This document shows, in pieces, positions 13,363-25,600 of a stretch of DNA of 64,000 nt. The notes beneath the pieces were generated by a model, which had not been told where the DNA came from, did not search any database, and saw only the letters and a program-made list of their open reading frames with translations. The stretch is from assembly GCF_001194135.2 (NCBI RefSeq), contig NC_068991.1, positions 66,093,621 to 66,157,620 on the forward strand, in the 5' to 3' direction. The number at the start of each line of letters is the position of its first letter. The first letter of the stretch is position 1. The stretch comes from Octopus bimaculoides (taxonomy: Eukaryota). The translations under genes and the position numbers were made by a program.

Positions 13363-15361
13363 TTAAGCTGTTGTTTGAACATAAATTAACACAAAATTTT
13401 GATGGAAGGATTTACTTTTGATCACTTTAAAACAATGAATTTGTCTCACAGAATCAAGGAGGGCAGTTTCAGGTGGGTTGATATCAAAGGGGTTAAACAA
13501 TTCATTTCATAGTAATAAAGTAAATGAAAATCAAAAATCATAAAATTTCAATCTGGACTTCTCTGGTTTGATGTTGAATACCAGTTAATTAAAGGATATC
13601 AAGATAGACACAGTGTTCTGAATTAGAAATGGGGAACTTTGGCTATTATTTCTAGCAAGATGAGCAACCATGAAGGGGCTTCCAGGTAAAAATAGTGTTA
13701 ACGCTATTGAATCATGGTGCATTATTGGTGGAGGCAGTGGTGGGGAGACTAAACACATTCCTTGCCTTCCTCTTTCTGATTTGCAGAACTGAATCGTATC
13801 TTGATTCTCATGGTTACTATCTGTCTCTCACTACCTTTTCTGATTGAAACAACTGTGTCTATCTATATTGATTTTCTTAAATCATCAGGAATTTTGCATC
13901 CAACTGAAGAAGTCCAGATAAAATCTGGATATGTATATGATTGGAATTTTATGATTACAATAAAATAGATTAAATACGATCCTACATTTTAATTATTATT
14001 ATTGCCTTGAAGTAGCTATGTGAGATTGAGTCTGCTCCACTGTACAAAGAAAGAAGATAGACCAATCAAACTGGCACTTTTGGAAAGAATGATTCCAGGC
14101 CTCTGGTCAGATGATAGTCTTAGAGGCAGAATGAGAACAACTTATGTGAACCTTGCTTGCCTGAATATATATTTATACTGGATTTAGGTAAGAATTTAAA
14201 AAAAAAAAAAAATTATTTTAAATTTTGGCACAAGGCCAGCAATTCTGGTAGGAAGGTATAAGTCAATTACATCAAACCCCAGTATCTGACTGGTACTTTA
14301 TTTTATTGACACCTCCCACATATCCAAAGTATGAAAGGTACAGTTGACCTTGGCGGGATTTGAACTCAAAATGTAAAGGGCCAGAAGTAATGCAGCCAAG
14401 CATTTTATCTGATGTGCTAATGGTGCATTTAACTCTCCACGTAACAAGCAATAACAATAATAATCCTTTCAACTAGAGGCACAAGGCCTGAAATTTAGGG
14501 GACTGTCAATTACATCCACTTCAGTACATAACTGGTGCTTATTTTATCGACCCTGGTGGAATTTGAACTCAGAATGCAGCGACAGACGAAATACCACTAA
14601 GCATTTCTCCCAGTATTCTAACGATTCTGCCAGCTCACCGCCTTAACAATAACAATGGGTTCGAATTTTGGCACAAGGCCAGCAAGTTCAGGATCCGGGG
14701 GTAAGTTGATTACATCAACCCCAGTGATCATCATGTAGTAGTACACGAGCAGAGTTTGAATAATTCAACCTTGGAAATGTAGGCGTTTCATTTATCACCC
14801 TTTAACAACTCTTATTCAGGGAACTTTTGACTGAGATTGGCTACTCAGCCTGGAGAAAATTCTAACTGGGCTCCACCTAAAAGGTCATGCACAATTTATC
14901 TTGATATACCACCATGTCATGCACATATGTTTGTGATGCATGTGCCTTGTGTTTTCTTATCAGATGGGTAATCTTGGTGGGTATATTGAGCTTTGTATAT
15001 TTGTGCCTCTGTGTCAGTTTGATGGCATACACTGCTCTCTCACTCAATAATGATAATAATAATCCTATTATTAGTACAAGGCCAATATGAACGGTTAACT
15101 TGACCATGGCAGAATTCAAACTCAGAACATAAAGACAGATAAAATGCAACTAAGCATTTTGTCTGATGCACTAACAAATAATAATAATAAACATGTTGGT
15201 GTTAGGAAGGGCATCCTTGGCGTTAGGAAGGGCATCCTTGGCATTAGGAAGGGCATCCAGCTGTAGAAACTCTGCCAAATCAGATTGGAGCCTGGTGTAG
15301 CCATCTGGTTCACCAGTCCTCAGTCAAATCATCCAACCCATGCTAACGTTAAACGATGATG

Positions 15362-15400
<39 letters not shown>

Positions 15401-16808
15401 TATAAATGAAAAAAAAATTTTAATCTTGAAGGCAGGGGTCATAATGATATAAATATTTTCATTTTTCTGTCATGTATAGAAGACTGACATGTTTCACTAT
15501 TATTGTTCTGGCTGTATCAGCTTTGGCCTTGTTGAAATGATGATCAAAGAAACACAAAGTGAATAATATCATACAATGACTGGCATAAAGATGAACTAAT
15601 TCAAAGACACCATCAACATGAAAGCCATGTTAACATAATTAATGCCAACACTATTGAAATGATATTAAATATGTGATAAAGAAAGAAAATATAAACTGTA
15701 TTAGTCAATTACTAGAAACATTTTTGTCCTTCTGGCAAGTAAAGGAGACAACCCTGGGCATGTTTCAATCTTATTCTGACTGCATTAGCAAAGTACAACT
15801 TTCATCATGCTTACATAATGATAGAGCAATCCCTAAGTAAATGCACAGGTGCCAGCATTTGCAAGCATACAACAACAGAACTGTTTAAAGATAACTAATG
15901 TAAAGATATTATCTGCATCAAAAACAATGGAAGAGCCAGTGCTAGAGTATTTAATAAATGCATCATTAAAAAGCTAACTGAAAAATCAATATGCAGTGAA
16001 GAAAAACTATATTAGTCAACGGCCAATATTATTTTCGTTTTTCCAGCAAGTAAGGGGAAGTGGTGTTATTTTAATAATTTCCTCTCTAAAACCCAGCTTC
16101 CATAAATTACTGCTACTTTATTTCATGTTGTCTTTGAACTAACAGTGCTGTAATTAGCAACCAATGGCAAACCACAGTCATCACTTATTCTCACAGCAAA
16201 TGTAAGAATGTAAATAATATCATAGTTTTTACTTCTGCACTTCAGTTTACTACAAACTTGACTGACCAAGTAGACTATTTCTTCGCCTGCTCTTTTTTTC
16301 TTTTCTGTTACTATTAACCACCCATAGTGCAGAAATAAATATAAAACAATGCGTCGTCTCTAAAGATGACGCTAATAGTTTGAAAGATTACAATCGTTAG
16401 TAATGTCTCATCTAAGGCATTAAGGAAAAAATAGCAGATGGTAAAAAGTATAGACCTAAGCCATGTCTATGATGACAAAATATATGTGCTTTTTTGTATC
16501 TGGTAACATTTCAAAAATATCATCAAGGCCAGTCAGGTGGCACTGGCAATGGCCACGCTCAAAATGGCATATCTTATGTGCCACCTGCACTGGCAACGAC
16601 CTCACTCAAATGTCTTTAATATAACTCGACAGAAACAATAGATTCTGAGGTGAAATTTATATATAATCTCCTTGAAATTAATAAAACAAGAACCATTGGT
16701 AAACCGGAAGGAACCAATTAAACTGACTGCAGTCAGTCATTTACAAAGACTGATCTTGTCAAAAGAATTCAATATCTAATAATGTAATCACTGTCAGTAA
16801 TAACATAC

Positions 16809-17262
16809 ATGACTACTGACCGAGACCTTTGGAAATGTGCTGTGCGTGAGAAGACCCGGCAAGCCAAGTAAGATCGTTGCCAGTGCCCCTGGACTGGTTC
16901 TTGTGCGGGTGGCACATGAGATGCACCATTTTGAGCGTGGCCGTTGCCAGTACCGCCTGACTGGCTCCCGTAGGATTTTTGAGTGAGATTGTTGCCAGTG
17001 CCCCTGGACTGGCTCTTGTGCGGGTGGCACATAAAAGACACCATTTCGAGCGTGGCTGTTTTCGTGCGGGTGACACGTAAAAGCACCTACTACACTCTCT
17101 GAGTGGTTGGCGTTAGGAAGGGCATCCAGCTGTAGAAACTCTGCCAAATTAGATTGGAACCTGGTGTTGCCATCCGGTTTCACCAGTCCTCAGTTAAATT
17201 GTCCAACCCATGCTAGCATGGAAAGCGGACGTTAAACGATGATGATGATGATGATGATGATG
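16809..17262 (+). mobile_element. 5'-truncated RTE-class LINE: last ORF2 codons plus 3' UTR with (GAT)n tail
   Basis: 16809-16871 reads MTTDRDLWKCAVREKTRQAK*. It is followed by internally repeated UTR units and the gttggcgttaggaagggcatccagctgtagaaac...gacgttaaac(gat)n tail. Confidence 0.8.
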
Positions 17263-17915
17263 AGGACTAGGTTTAGAAATACACACAAATCAACTGATTC
17301 ATGTATTTATTGCTCTGATCTAGGTTCTAGCACTATCTCTCTTCCATTACTTCCTCCTCTATCACCCTCTCCTCCTGATCACTGTTCTTCCCTACCCCCA
17401 TCACTCTTGCTCCTTTGACGCCCTAACTTTGTCACCATTCTATCTTCTGTATCCATCCTGCCCTTTCTCATGTTGCCTTCAATGAAGGGAAACATTGTTG
17501 AGTAGTGAAGACCTGTTAATCTTTCAAGGTACAAGGTAATCTCGTTAGTGCTGGAGGTATGATAGAATCCACTTAATATGCACTACAAACTGGTTAGCAA
17601 AACAAGCATAGACACGCGGGGTCCAAAGGGCAACTTTGTTTGCCTGAGAACATAACAACCTGTCTAGAGTTTATATCATGATAAAATAAAACCTAGATAG
17701 TTAGTTTTGTAAATGCATACCTTGTCTGCTGCTGATTACATAAAACATGATATAACTGCAGCAATTTGATCTTTATTTTCTGAAGTTAACACATTGAATA
17801 TGATCAGTAAGAAGCTTGCTTCCCAACCACATGGTTCCAGGTTCAGTTTCACTGTGTGACACCCTGGGCAAAGCCCTGTGAGTGGATTTGATAGACAGAA
17901 ACTGAAAGAAGCCTG

Positions 17916-17956
<41 letters not shown>

Positions 17957-19739
17957 TCCCTCCACCATCGCTTGACAACTGATGCCGGTGTGTTTATGTC
18001 CCTGTAACTTAGCGGTTCAGCAAAAGAGACCAATAGAATAAGTACTAGGCATACAAAGAATAAGTCCTGGGGTCAAACTTCTTCGACTAAAACCCTTTAA
18101 GGTGGTGCTCCGGCATGGCCACAGTCAAATTACTGAAACCAGTAAGAGTAAAAAATATATATATTCTTCCAACTTATTGCAGTGTATCTTAAATATATTA
18201 TNNNNNNNNNNNNNNNNNNNNNNNNNNNNNNNNNNNNNNNNNNNNNNNNNNNNNNNNNNNNNNNNNNNNNNNNNNNNNNNNNNNNNNNNNNNNNNNNNNN
18301 NNNNNNNNNNNNNNNNNNNNNNNNNNNNNNNNNNNNNNNNNNNNNNNNNNNNNNNNNNNNNNNNNNNNNNNNNNNNNNNNNNNNNNNNNNNNNNNNNNNN
18401 NNNNNNNNNNNNNNNNNNNNNNNNNNNNGGTCGAAAGATAAATATATAAGAATTATGAGGGCAGCAGGGATGGTCATGGCAGTACGATGAAGGACAAACA
18501 GCAATTATGGTATCAAGTCACTATATCAGTGCTCTGAGTTTTATAAAAATCCATCTAGTGCTGATAAATAATGATCAGTAATATACTGGCAATGGTTCAA
18601 TTAAGTAGACAGTTCCTCTGCAAAAATTGGCCCTGTGCCTAGTTAAAAAAAAAAAGAACAAGAAAAAACATCAAATATAAAATTTGTTTTAAAAATCAAT
18701 ATTTGAACTACTCAAAACACTACACACACTGCACCAGCAGAAAGACAGAAATATTAGGTTTTTCATTAAACCTTATAATTCTGTAACAATAAGCAAGACT
18801 GAAAATATACAACTGAATCATTGGAATAATGCGTTCATAGAGTTCCCTACCATTACCACTATTAAATTCTAGATCCCTCCATTAATGCCCCTCAATAAAG
18901 TTGGCTGCCATTGATAAAACAAGAGGTTTGTGTCTAAGATATGCACTTCTTAAAGAGAATGCTTGAAGCAAGGGTTTAGCAGCAAGAATTTATGGACCAG
19001 CATCCAGCACCTTAAAAACCATTCCAGTCATCATGCCCTGTAATTAAATACGTGACACAATAAATAAATAAATAAATGAAAATGTTGCATTATTGAGAAT
19101 GCTGATCCAACTGATGCTGGCATGGAATAGCAAACTGGAATTTATAATATGACGATGATGCTTAAGATTACAATATCAACTCTTGTCTTTAAAAAAACAA
19201 CAACAACAAAAGATAAAGAAAGAATTCCACCATAAATAGATAGATAAGCAGATCTTATATATTCTAGATAATTGGATCAATAAAAGAGGACGGTGGTGGT
19301 TGTCTGTTCATATGTAATGAGCTTACTATTACTATACAAGCTATTGCAAACCCAGGAAGAAGGGCGGGGGAGTCATTTGGATTTTTATTTATTTACTTTT
19401 TTAAATTTTTTTACAGCCTTCTATTTAAAAGAAAGGAAGCTGGCTATAACTGAATTAGTCTTAACATTGGTAAAAATCAAACGCCACAGAAGAGAAGAGA
19501 TGGAAAATACAATTATAAACACAGGTGAAAATGTCAGTAACTGAATAGAAGAAAGAAGAAATTAACAACAAAAACAAAACTGCTTCCACTTTTAAGTAAT
19601 AATAATAATAATAATAATAGTAATAAAATCTTTTTCAAATCAATAAACATTGCTGAGCCTTATAATTTGTCAGTTTCAGAGGGAGAGAGTTGATCTTTCA
19701 GCAGTTGCCTTAGCTCTGCTAGACCTTTTTTTGTATTAA

Positions 19740-19802
19740 ATAGTGGTTGTGGTGGCAATGGTGGTGGTAGTAGTAGTAATAGTAGTAATAGCAACAGCTG
19801 TG

Positions 19803-19835
<33 letters not shown>

Positions 19836-20075
19836 ACAATAGCAGCAACAGACATACACTACAGTGGTGATGGTAGTGGTAGTAGTAGTAGTATTAAAAA
19901 AGGTAATGGTATTAGTAGTTGTAATAGTGGTGGTGGTAGAGATAGAAGTGATGGTAGTAGTAACAGTAGCAGCTTCAGAACCCAGCATGTAATAGTTGAA
20001 GTAATGGTGGTGTGAAGGTGATGTCAGCAGCAGCAGTAGCCTCAGAAACCCCACAAGCAGTAATGGTGGCAGAAA
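19740..20075. repeat. Compound (TAG)n/(TGG)n trinucleotide low-complexity tract
   Basis: Interleaved gtagtagta and ggtggtggt runs. Explains the poly-V/T/Y/L ORFs in the track. Confidence 0.9.
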
Positions 20076-22139
20076 GCAGTAGAAGCTCTTTTTGTTTGTT
20101 TGTTGATTTTACTTTTTTTTTTCTCTTTATATTCTTAAACAAGCAGCAGCAATCAATGCTTAATAACAAGTCTAGCATGAACAATTTACTTCTAACACTC
20201 AACTAGACCTAGAACACATGCTATATAAAGACGGAAAGGAGGTAAGGTGGGGTGGGGGTAGGTCTGTCATTGTGTGGGTTTTGAAATTTTCAGGATCTAA
20301 ACCCATTCACAAATATTTTGCAGACACAGAAGCAACTTTTATCCATTTTTTTTTTTTTAAAATCTAATTAACAATCTAAAATTCAAAATAAGATAGAAAT
20401 ATACAGATTTTTTTAAAAACATAAAAATATATCTTGTCAAAATGAGACTATACAAAAATTCTATGATTTTCCCCGAGTACAATTCCCATCATTCTTATTT
20501 AACCCTTTAACGTCTAAACTGGCCATATCTGGTCAAAATATTCTGCCTGTTTCGTGTTCAAGCAGGTCAGATCTGGCTTGTCACACCTACCTTGCAATGT
20601 CATTCTAAGAATAAACAATCACATCGTCAAACTCTCAAAGCTACAAGATAATATCTTTCCTTTTTTTCTCTCCTCTTTTGCTCTCTGTCCCTTTCTTCTC
20701 CCTCTCGATACATATCCATCCTCCTAACTTAGTAGCCAACTTCTGCTCGGACCATACATATTGAAATATATTTCCCTCAACTGGTTTATATTTTGTAATG
20801 TTTTAACTGAGAAAGGTCTTGTGTAATGGATGCATTTCCTGTTATATATTACAGTCCTGAAACATACGTATTAAATGATTTCAAAATATAACTATTTGAT
20901 TTGACTTCATTACACATTCACACACAACAGGGCTTCATTCAGTTTCCATCTACCAAATCCACTCACAAGACTAGTTGACCTGGGGCTATAGTAGAAGACA
21001 CTTGCCCAAAGTACCACACAGTGGGACTGAATCCGAGATGACATGAGTAGGAAGCGAGAAGTTATTTAAATATTAATTTATTAATTTCATAACCCACTTC
21101 TATTCAGCATGTATGGTAGGCAAGCTACAGGTTTTACAAACAAGCTGGGTCAGTTATAAAAAATTTTTTTTTAATTAATTTTTTTTTAAACACCAAAAAA
21201 TATGTTCATGATATCACTTTTGATTATATCTGGCATGAAAACCTCCTACTTGGGCTGTCCTGGGTTCTATGAGTTACATTGCTTGGATTTAGAAATTTCT
21301 TATCTGACCACTCACTGGCATCATGTACTGACTGAACTCACTTGCCCACTCACTCTAATCCACACTATTAATTCAGGTTTGGTTATATCACTCCCACATT
21401 TTATATCAATGCATTTATGACTTCATGCTTTCACTTCTAACGAGACCCATTCACATTTGACAAACACTGTATCCATGATCTGAGATCTTAAAACCCAGTC
21501 CAATCTAGGTTCAGTTCCACTGCACAGCAACTTGGTTAACTGTCTTCTACAACAACCATAGGCCAACCAATGCCTTGTGAGTGAATTTTGGTAAAAGGAA
21601 ACTGTGTGGAAGACCCTTAGTGAACCTCAATCTATGTCTGTATGTACGTGTGTGTCTTTGTGTTTGTCCACACCCAGAGCTTGACATCTAGTGTTGGTTT
21701 ATCTACCACTTCCCCCATAACGTAATGGTTCAGCAAGAGACTGATAGAATAAATAACAGGCTTTAAAAATAGTGGGGTTGATTTGTTCCAGTAAACCCTT
21801 CAAGGCAGCACTCCAGCATGGACACCAAAAAAAGTAAAAGATAAAAATTGAACAAAACAGTTTGCTGACGTTCTTTAACCCTTTACTATTTGAACTGGCC
21901 ATGTCCAGCCCTAACAGTCTACCTGCTTTATGCTCAAACTGACCAGATCCAGTCTCTCACACCTATGCTACAATGTCATTCTAAAAATAAGCAATCACAT
22001 CATCAAAATCTCACAGGTATGAGATTGTGCATGATAAATTCTAAACAATGTGAATAAGTAAGCATTACATTTAACAGAGTAATCTAAATGTTAAAGGGTG
22101 AAACACAAGTAACACGCAGAGGACTCAACTCTCTACAAG

Positions 22140-22660
22140 GCAAGTCCTCATAATCCCTAAGGACAATGACGTTACATTATAACTTTGCCCAAACTACATT
22201 GCAACTTTCGTCTTTGACGCCACAAAATATTTCAGCCCTGGTCAACTGCTGCCTGTCTTTGAAACACAAGACCTACATTAGGGTACAGACTAGTCCTATA
22301 TCAAGGCTAGTGGTACCACTTCACACTAACATCCAAAATACCATTTAATTGATTGGTAAAGATTCACTCACTAACATACTACAATGGCCAATTCTTTTCT
22401 CTACATCTACTGCAACAAACTGTGCATCACTCAACAAACTAGCTACACACTTTCTCCTCATCATACTATGTCTTAACCCTAGATCCTATATTTTCTTACA
22501 GATGTTCAAACTGAGCATCAAGCACATGAATTTCACCAATTTAGAAGACCTAGCAACGGTCATGGATGATGCTGAGCTCAATTATATAATAATGATGATA
22601 ACAAAAGCATTCAGAGAGCGCAAACCTCCGCCAAAGCAACACCAATGTCCTCTCAACAAT
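22140..22660 (+). mobile_element. Possible degenerate Ty3/gypsy gag-like fossil
   Basis: Frames give DATKYFSPGQLLP and IFLQ...TNLEDLATVMD, loosely like gypsy gag TKY..V..LP and LFLQRLP...L..LA..AD. Weak. Confidence 0.3.
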
Positions 22661-25600
22661 TAGCCAGAGCTGATCTGGTACTTTATTTTATCAACCCTGT
22701 AAGGATGAAAGACAAAGTCATCCTTGGCAGAATTTGAACTCAGAACATAGAGAGCTGGAAGAAAAGCTACTAAGCATTTTGTCTGGCATGCTAATGATTC
22801 CATTAGCTCACTGCCTTTAAAAAAAATGCTAATGAAGATGAAACTCATGCAGGCTTGTAGTAACACAGTATCTTGCAGTATTACTATAATAAGCAATAAA
22901 TTGAAACATGTAGAGAATTACTGTTACTGCATTTCTTCACCTTTTATTTATTTTGCTAATACTGGGTTAAATATTTTTCTTCATTATGTAATAGAATAGA
23001 AGAAAGGTCATAATTAACATAGTTTTTATTGCAAGCTTTAATTATATAAGTCATGAATCAAATTTCAAACTTGTTTTTAATCAGGTTCAACAACAGTAAA
23101 GTGCTTAATGTTATATAATTAACTAATTAAGTCTAATTTAAAAAAAAAAAGTCAATTTCTAATTTCAGAAACAGTGAGCAGCTCCTCTTTTTACCTTAGT
23201 TTTCTTTAATATCAATATAATCCTCTCATTTGAAGCAATATAAATTATGTACAACTTAAATTAGGTAACATCCTAATTAATCCATTCATTACAATTTACA
23301 GTTATAAATGGAAGTCCAACTATTACACACACACACACACATCCACTCCTCACCCAAACAATTTGTTTGCCTTAACTGCTCTGCAAGCATTAATGATTGT
23401 TCTAAGATGCTTACTTCATAACTGTGAGGTCTTAGTTTTAATCCAACTGAGTGGTGCATTAGGTAAGTATTTACTACCAAGATCTTGGGCTGACCCAAGC
23501 TTTGCAAGTAAAATCAGGCAGGCTAGATTATGGAAATTACAATGTATAACATTTTTTTTTTTTTGTCTTTTGGTCAGTGTTATTTCCTATTTGTATCTCT
23601 CTAGAAATCAAAAGGAAATGACTAATATTCCCTTCGAACTTTGCTTTTCTGACCTGGGCATCAATGTTTTGAAACTGACTTATTTTCCATTACATTTCAG
23701 GCAGATTCAGAGTTGAGTTGCTGAAGCAGAAATGACCGTAACCACTTGAGCATGTCCCTTAGTGGCTGATGATATGTGCATCTCTGATGATGAGCAGAGT
23801 AGTTGGGGGGAGCATCAAAGCCATGTGTTGAGAGGGATTCTTTGGGGTTTGAATAAATGTAACAAAAGCAAAGTTTAATGAAAATATTAGCCATTTTTCA
23901 CACTTTCTAGAAGTAAGCAAATAAGAAATAACAGTTGTTACTCCGTGTTATGGAAGTTCATTTGATGGACTGTATCAATAGCCCTAAGGGTCCCAAACTG
24001 TCACAATATACCACTCATTCCGTCTAGATTACGGTTAAGGGCACAAATAACTGTGGAATACTTAGTCAGTTACTATAAGTCAATAAATAAATAGTTCCGT
24101 TGATTGAACAACTGAAACTGATGAAAAATCTATTTACCTTGTACTCTATCGAAGCTTATTTCTAAGAAAATTGCAAGCTATTCTAGAATGTTCTGTCTAT
24201 ATTTTGGCACAAAAATAGACATTGGTCTATAGAGTCAGCCAACAATTTATCACAGCCACCACAAGATACTATTAGCTGAAATAAATGTTGCAAGGCATGC
24301 TTATTTTTGTCTGCATCGACATCTTAGTACAAACAGTTGTTATATCAAATATGGCATTGTTGACTAAAATATAACACCTTATGCAATAAACCTTGACAGA
24401 TATTATTATTCAACATCTGTTTTCCATGCTGACCTGTGCTGGACGGTTCGACAAGAGCTGGCAAGCCAGAGGACTGTGCTGTACTATCTTCTCTGGAATA
24501 GTTTCTGTGGTTGGATGCCCTTCCTAATGCCAATCACTTTACAGAATCTGCTGGATGTTTTTAATGAAGCACCAACAGCAATGAGATCACCAAATAACTT
24601 TTAAGTTAAGATCCTTCAAATGAGGTGGAGGTAGGAGGAGGATATTGTTGAAGGATAGGGGAAAAAAAAAGAGTCTTGCATTAAAGAAACAAGGATACCT
24701 CAGGTGGGGAAAGGAGAAAGAGATGGTGAACACATAACAGGAATGGGGGTAAGTGAACCAGGGACTGGAGATTATAAATCGCTGAGTGAGTTTAGAACTT
24801 TGTAAAAGGAGTGATAGATGGGGTGGAGGTGATGAGTGGGCACAGGTAGAGGGGGGGGGACATTAGGATATATGCTGTGAGGAAGAATGTTGTAGGATAG
24901 ATTACAAGGAGAGATGATCTGCTACAAGTCTGTCAAACCAGGAACACTTTTTGACTAAAGACTTGCCTTTAATCAACCACAACAAAATTTAATGAAGTTC
25001 CAGGAAAATTAGTTCCAAATGCCAACATACTTATAGTACTGTATGATTACAGACGAGAGAGGAAAAGAATAATAGTAATTACAGGATCACCAATGACTTT
25101 AAGATTGGCAATAGAAAGGTCAGAGCTAAAACATGTTTGACCATAGGTCTGTTGGATCAGGGCGGATCTGGGGATAAATAACAAACATTGTAAATAATTG
25201 AATTTGTGAAAGCAGGGCTTCCAAACTGCAAATATTTCTTGTTCGTAATTACAACCAGTGTTTGACTTGTGTTGGTCAGTTGAAGAAGCCAAGATCACTG
25301 TTAAGTTCAGCCAAGTGCTACACAAGAAGTTGTGTTTTGCACTTGAAAAGAGTAAAAATAAACTGGCTGACATGCTACTTATCTAACACAAACATGTCTA
25401 AAAGATTCAGTCGTACTTCAGAGCATTCCTGTGATTTTAAGCTAAATTAATCTAATATTAGGCCCTTTGTGAACAGACTGCAGTAATATTAATTTATATA
25501 AAGTATAAACTTACAAACGAACTCTCTATCAGATATGAAGACAAAAGTGAAATGAAATAGCCATTATGATAAACATTCCAGTAATCCCATTATACTACTA

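Noticed and set aside
16769-17183. Recurrent ORFs MKPDGNTRLQS.../MAEFLQLDALPNANHS (also 10594, 12899, 54780, 63398)
   Set aside because: Antisense readings of the repeated RTE 3' UTR, not a gene family.
19660-20206. Poly-L/V/T/Y ORFs, including ...KKGLAELRQLLKDQLSPSETDKL
   Set aside because: Products of trinucleotide microsatellite; no credible splice sites or homology.
23697-23894. GC-richer ORF and TGATGA/CTGA boxes suggesting an exon or C/D snoRNA
   Set aside because: Boxes lie antisense to the host gene; acceptor is weak and the peptide is unrecognised.
23946-24244. Possible solo LTR (TGTT...AACA with AATAAA)
   Set aside because: No target-site duplication and no second copy in the window.
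25515-25525. 11-nt microexon-like segment (tag|AGAGTTCGTTT|gtaagt, minus strand)
   Set aside because: Would create an immediate TGA, has no UGC enhancer motif, and is expected by chance in a 20-kb intron; unsupported without reads.
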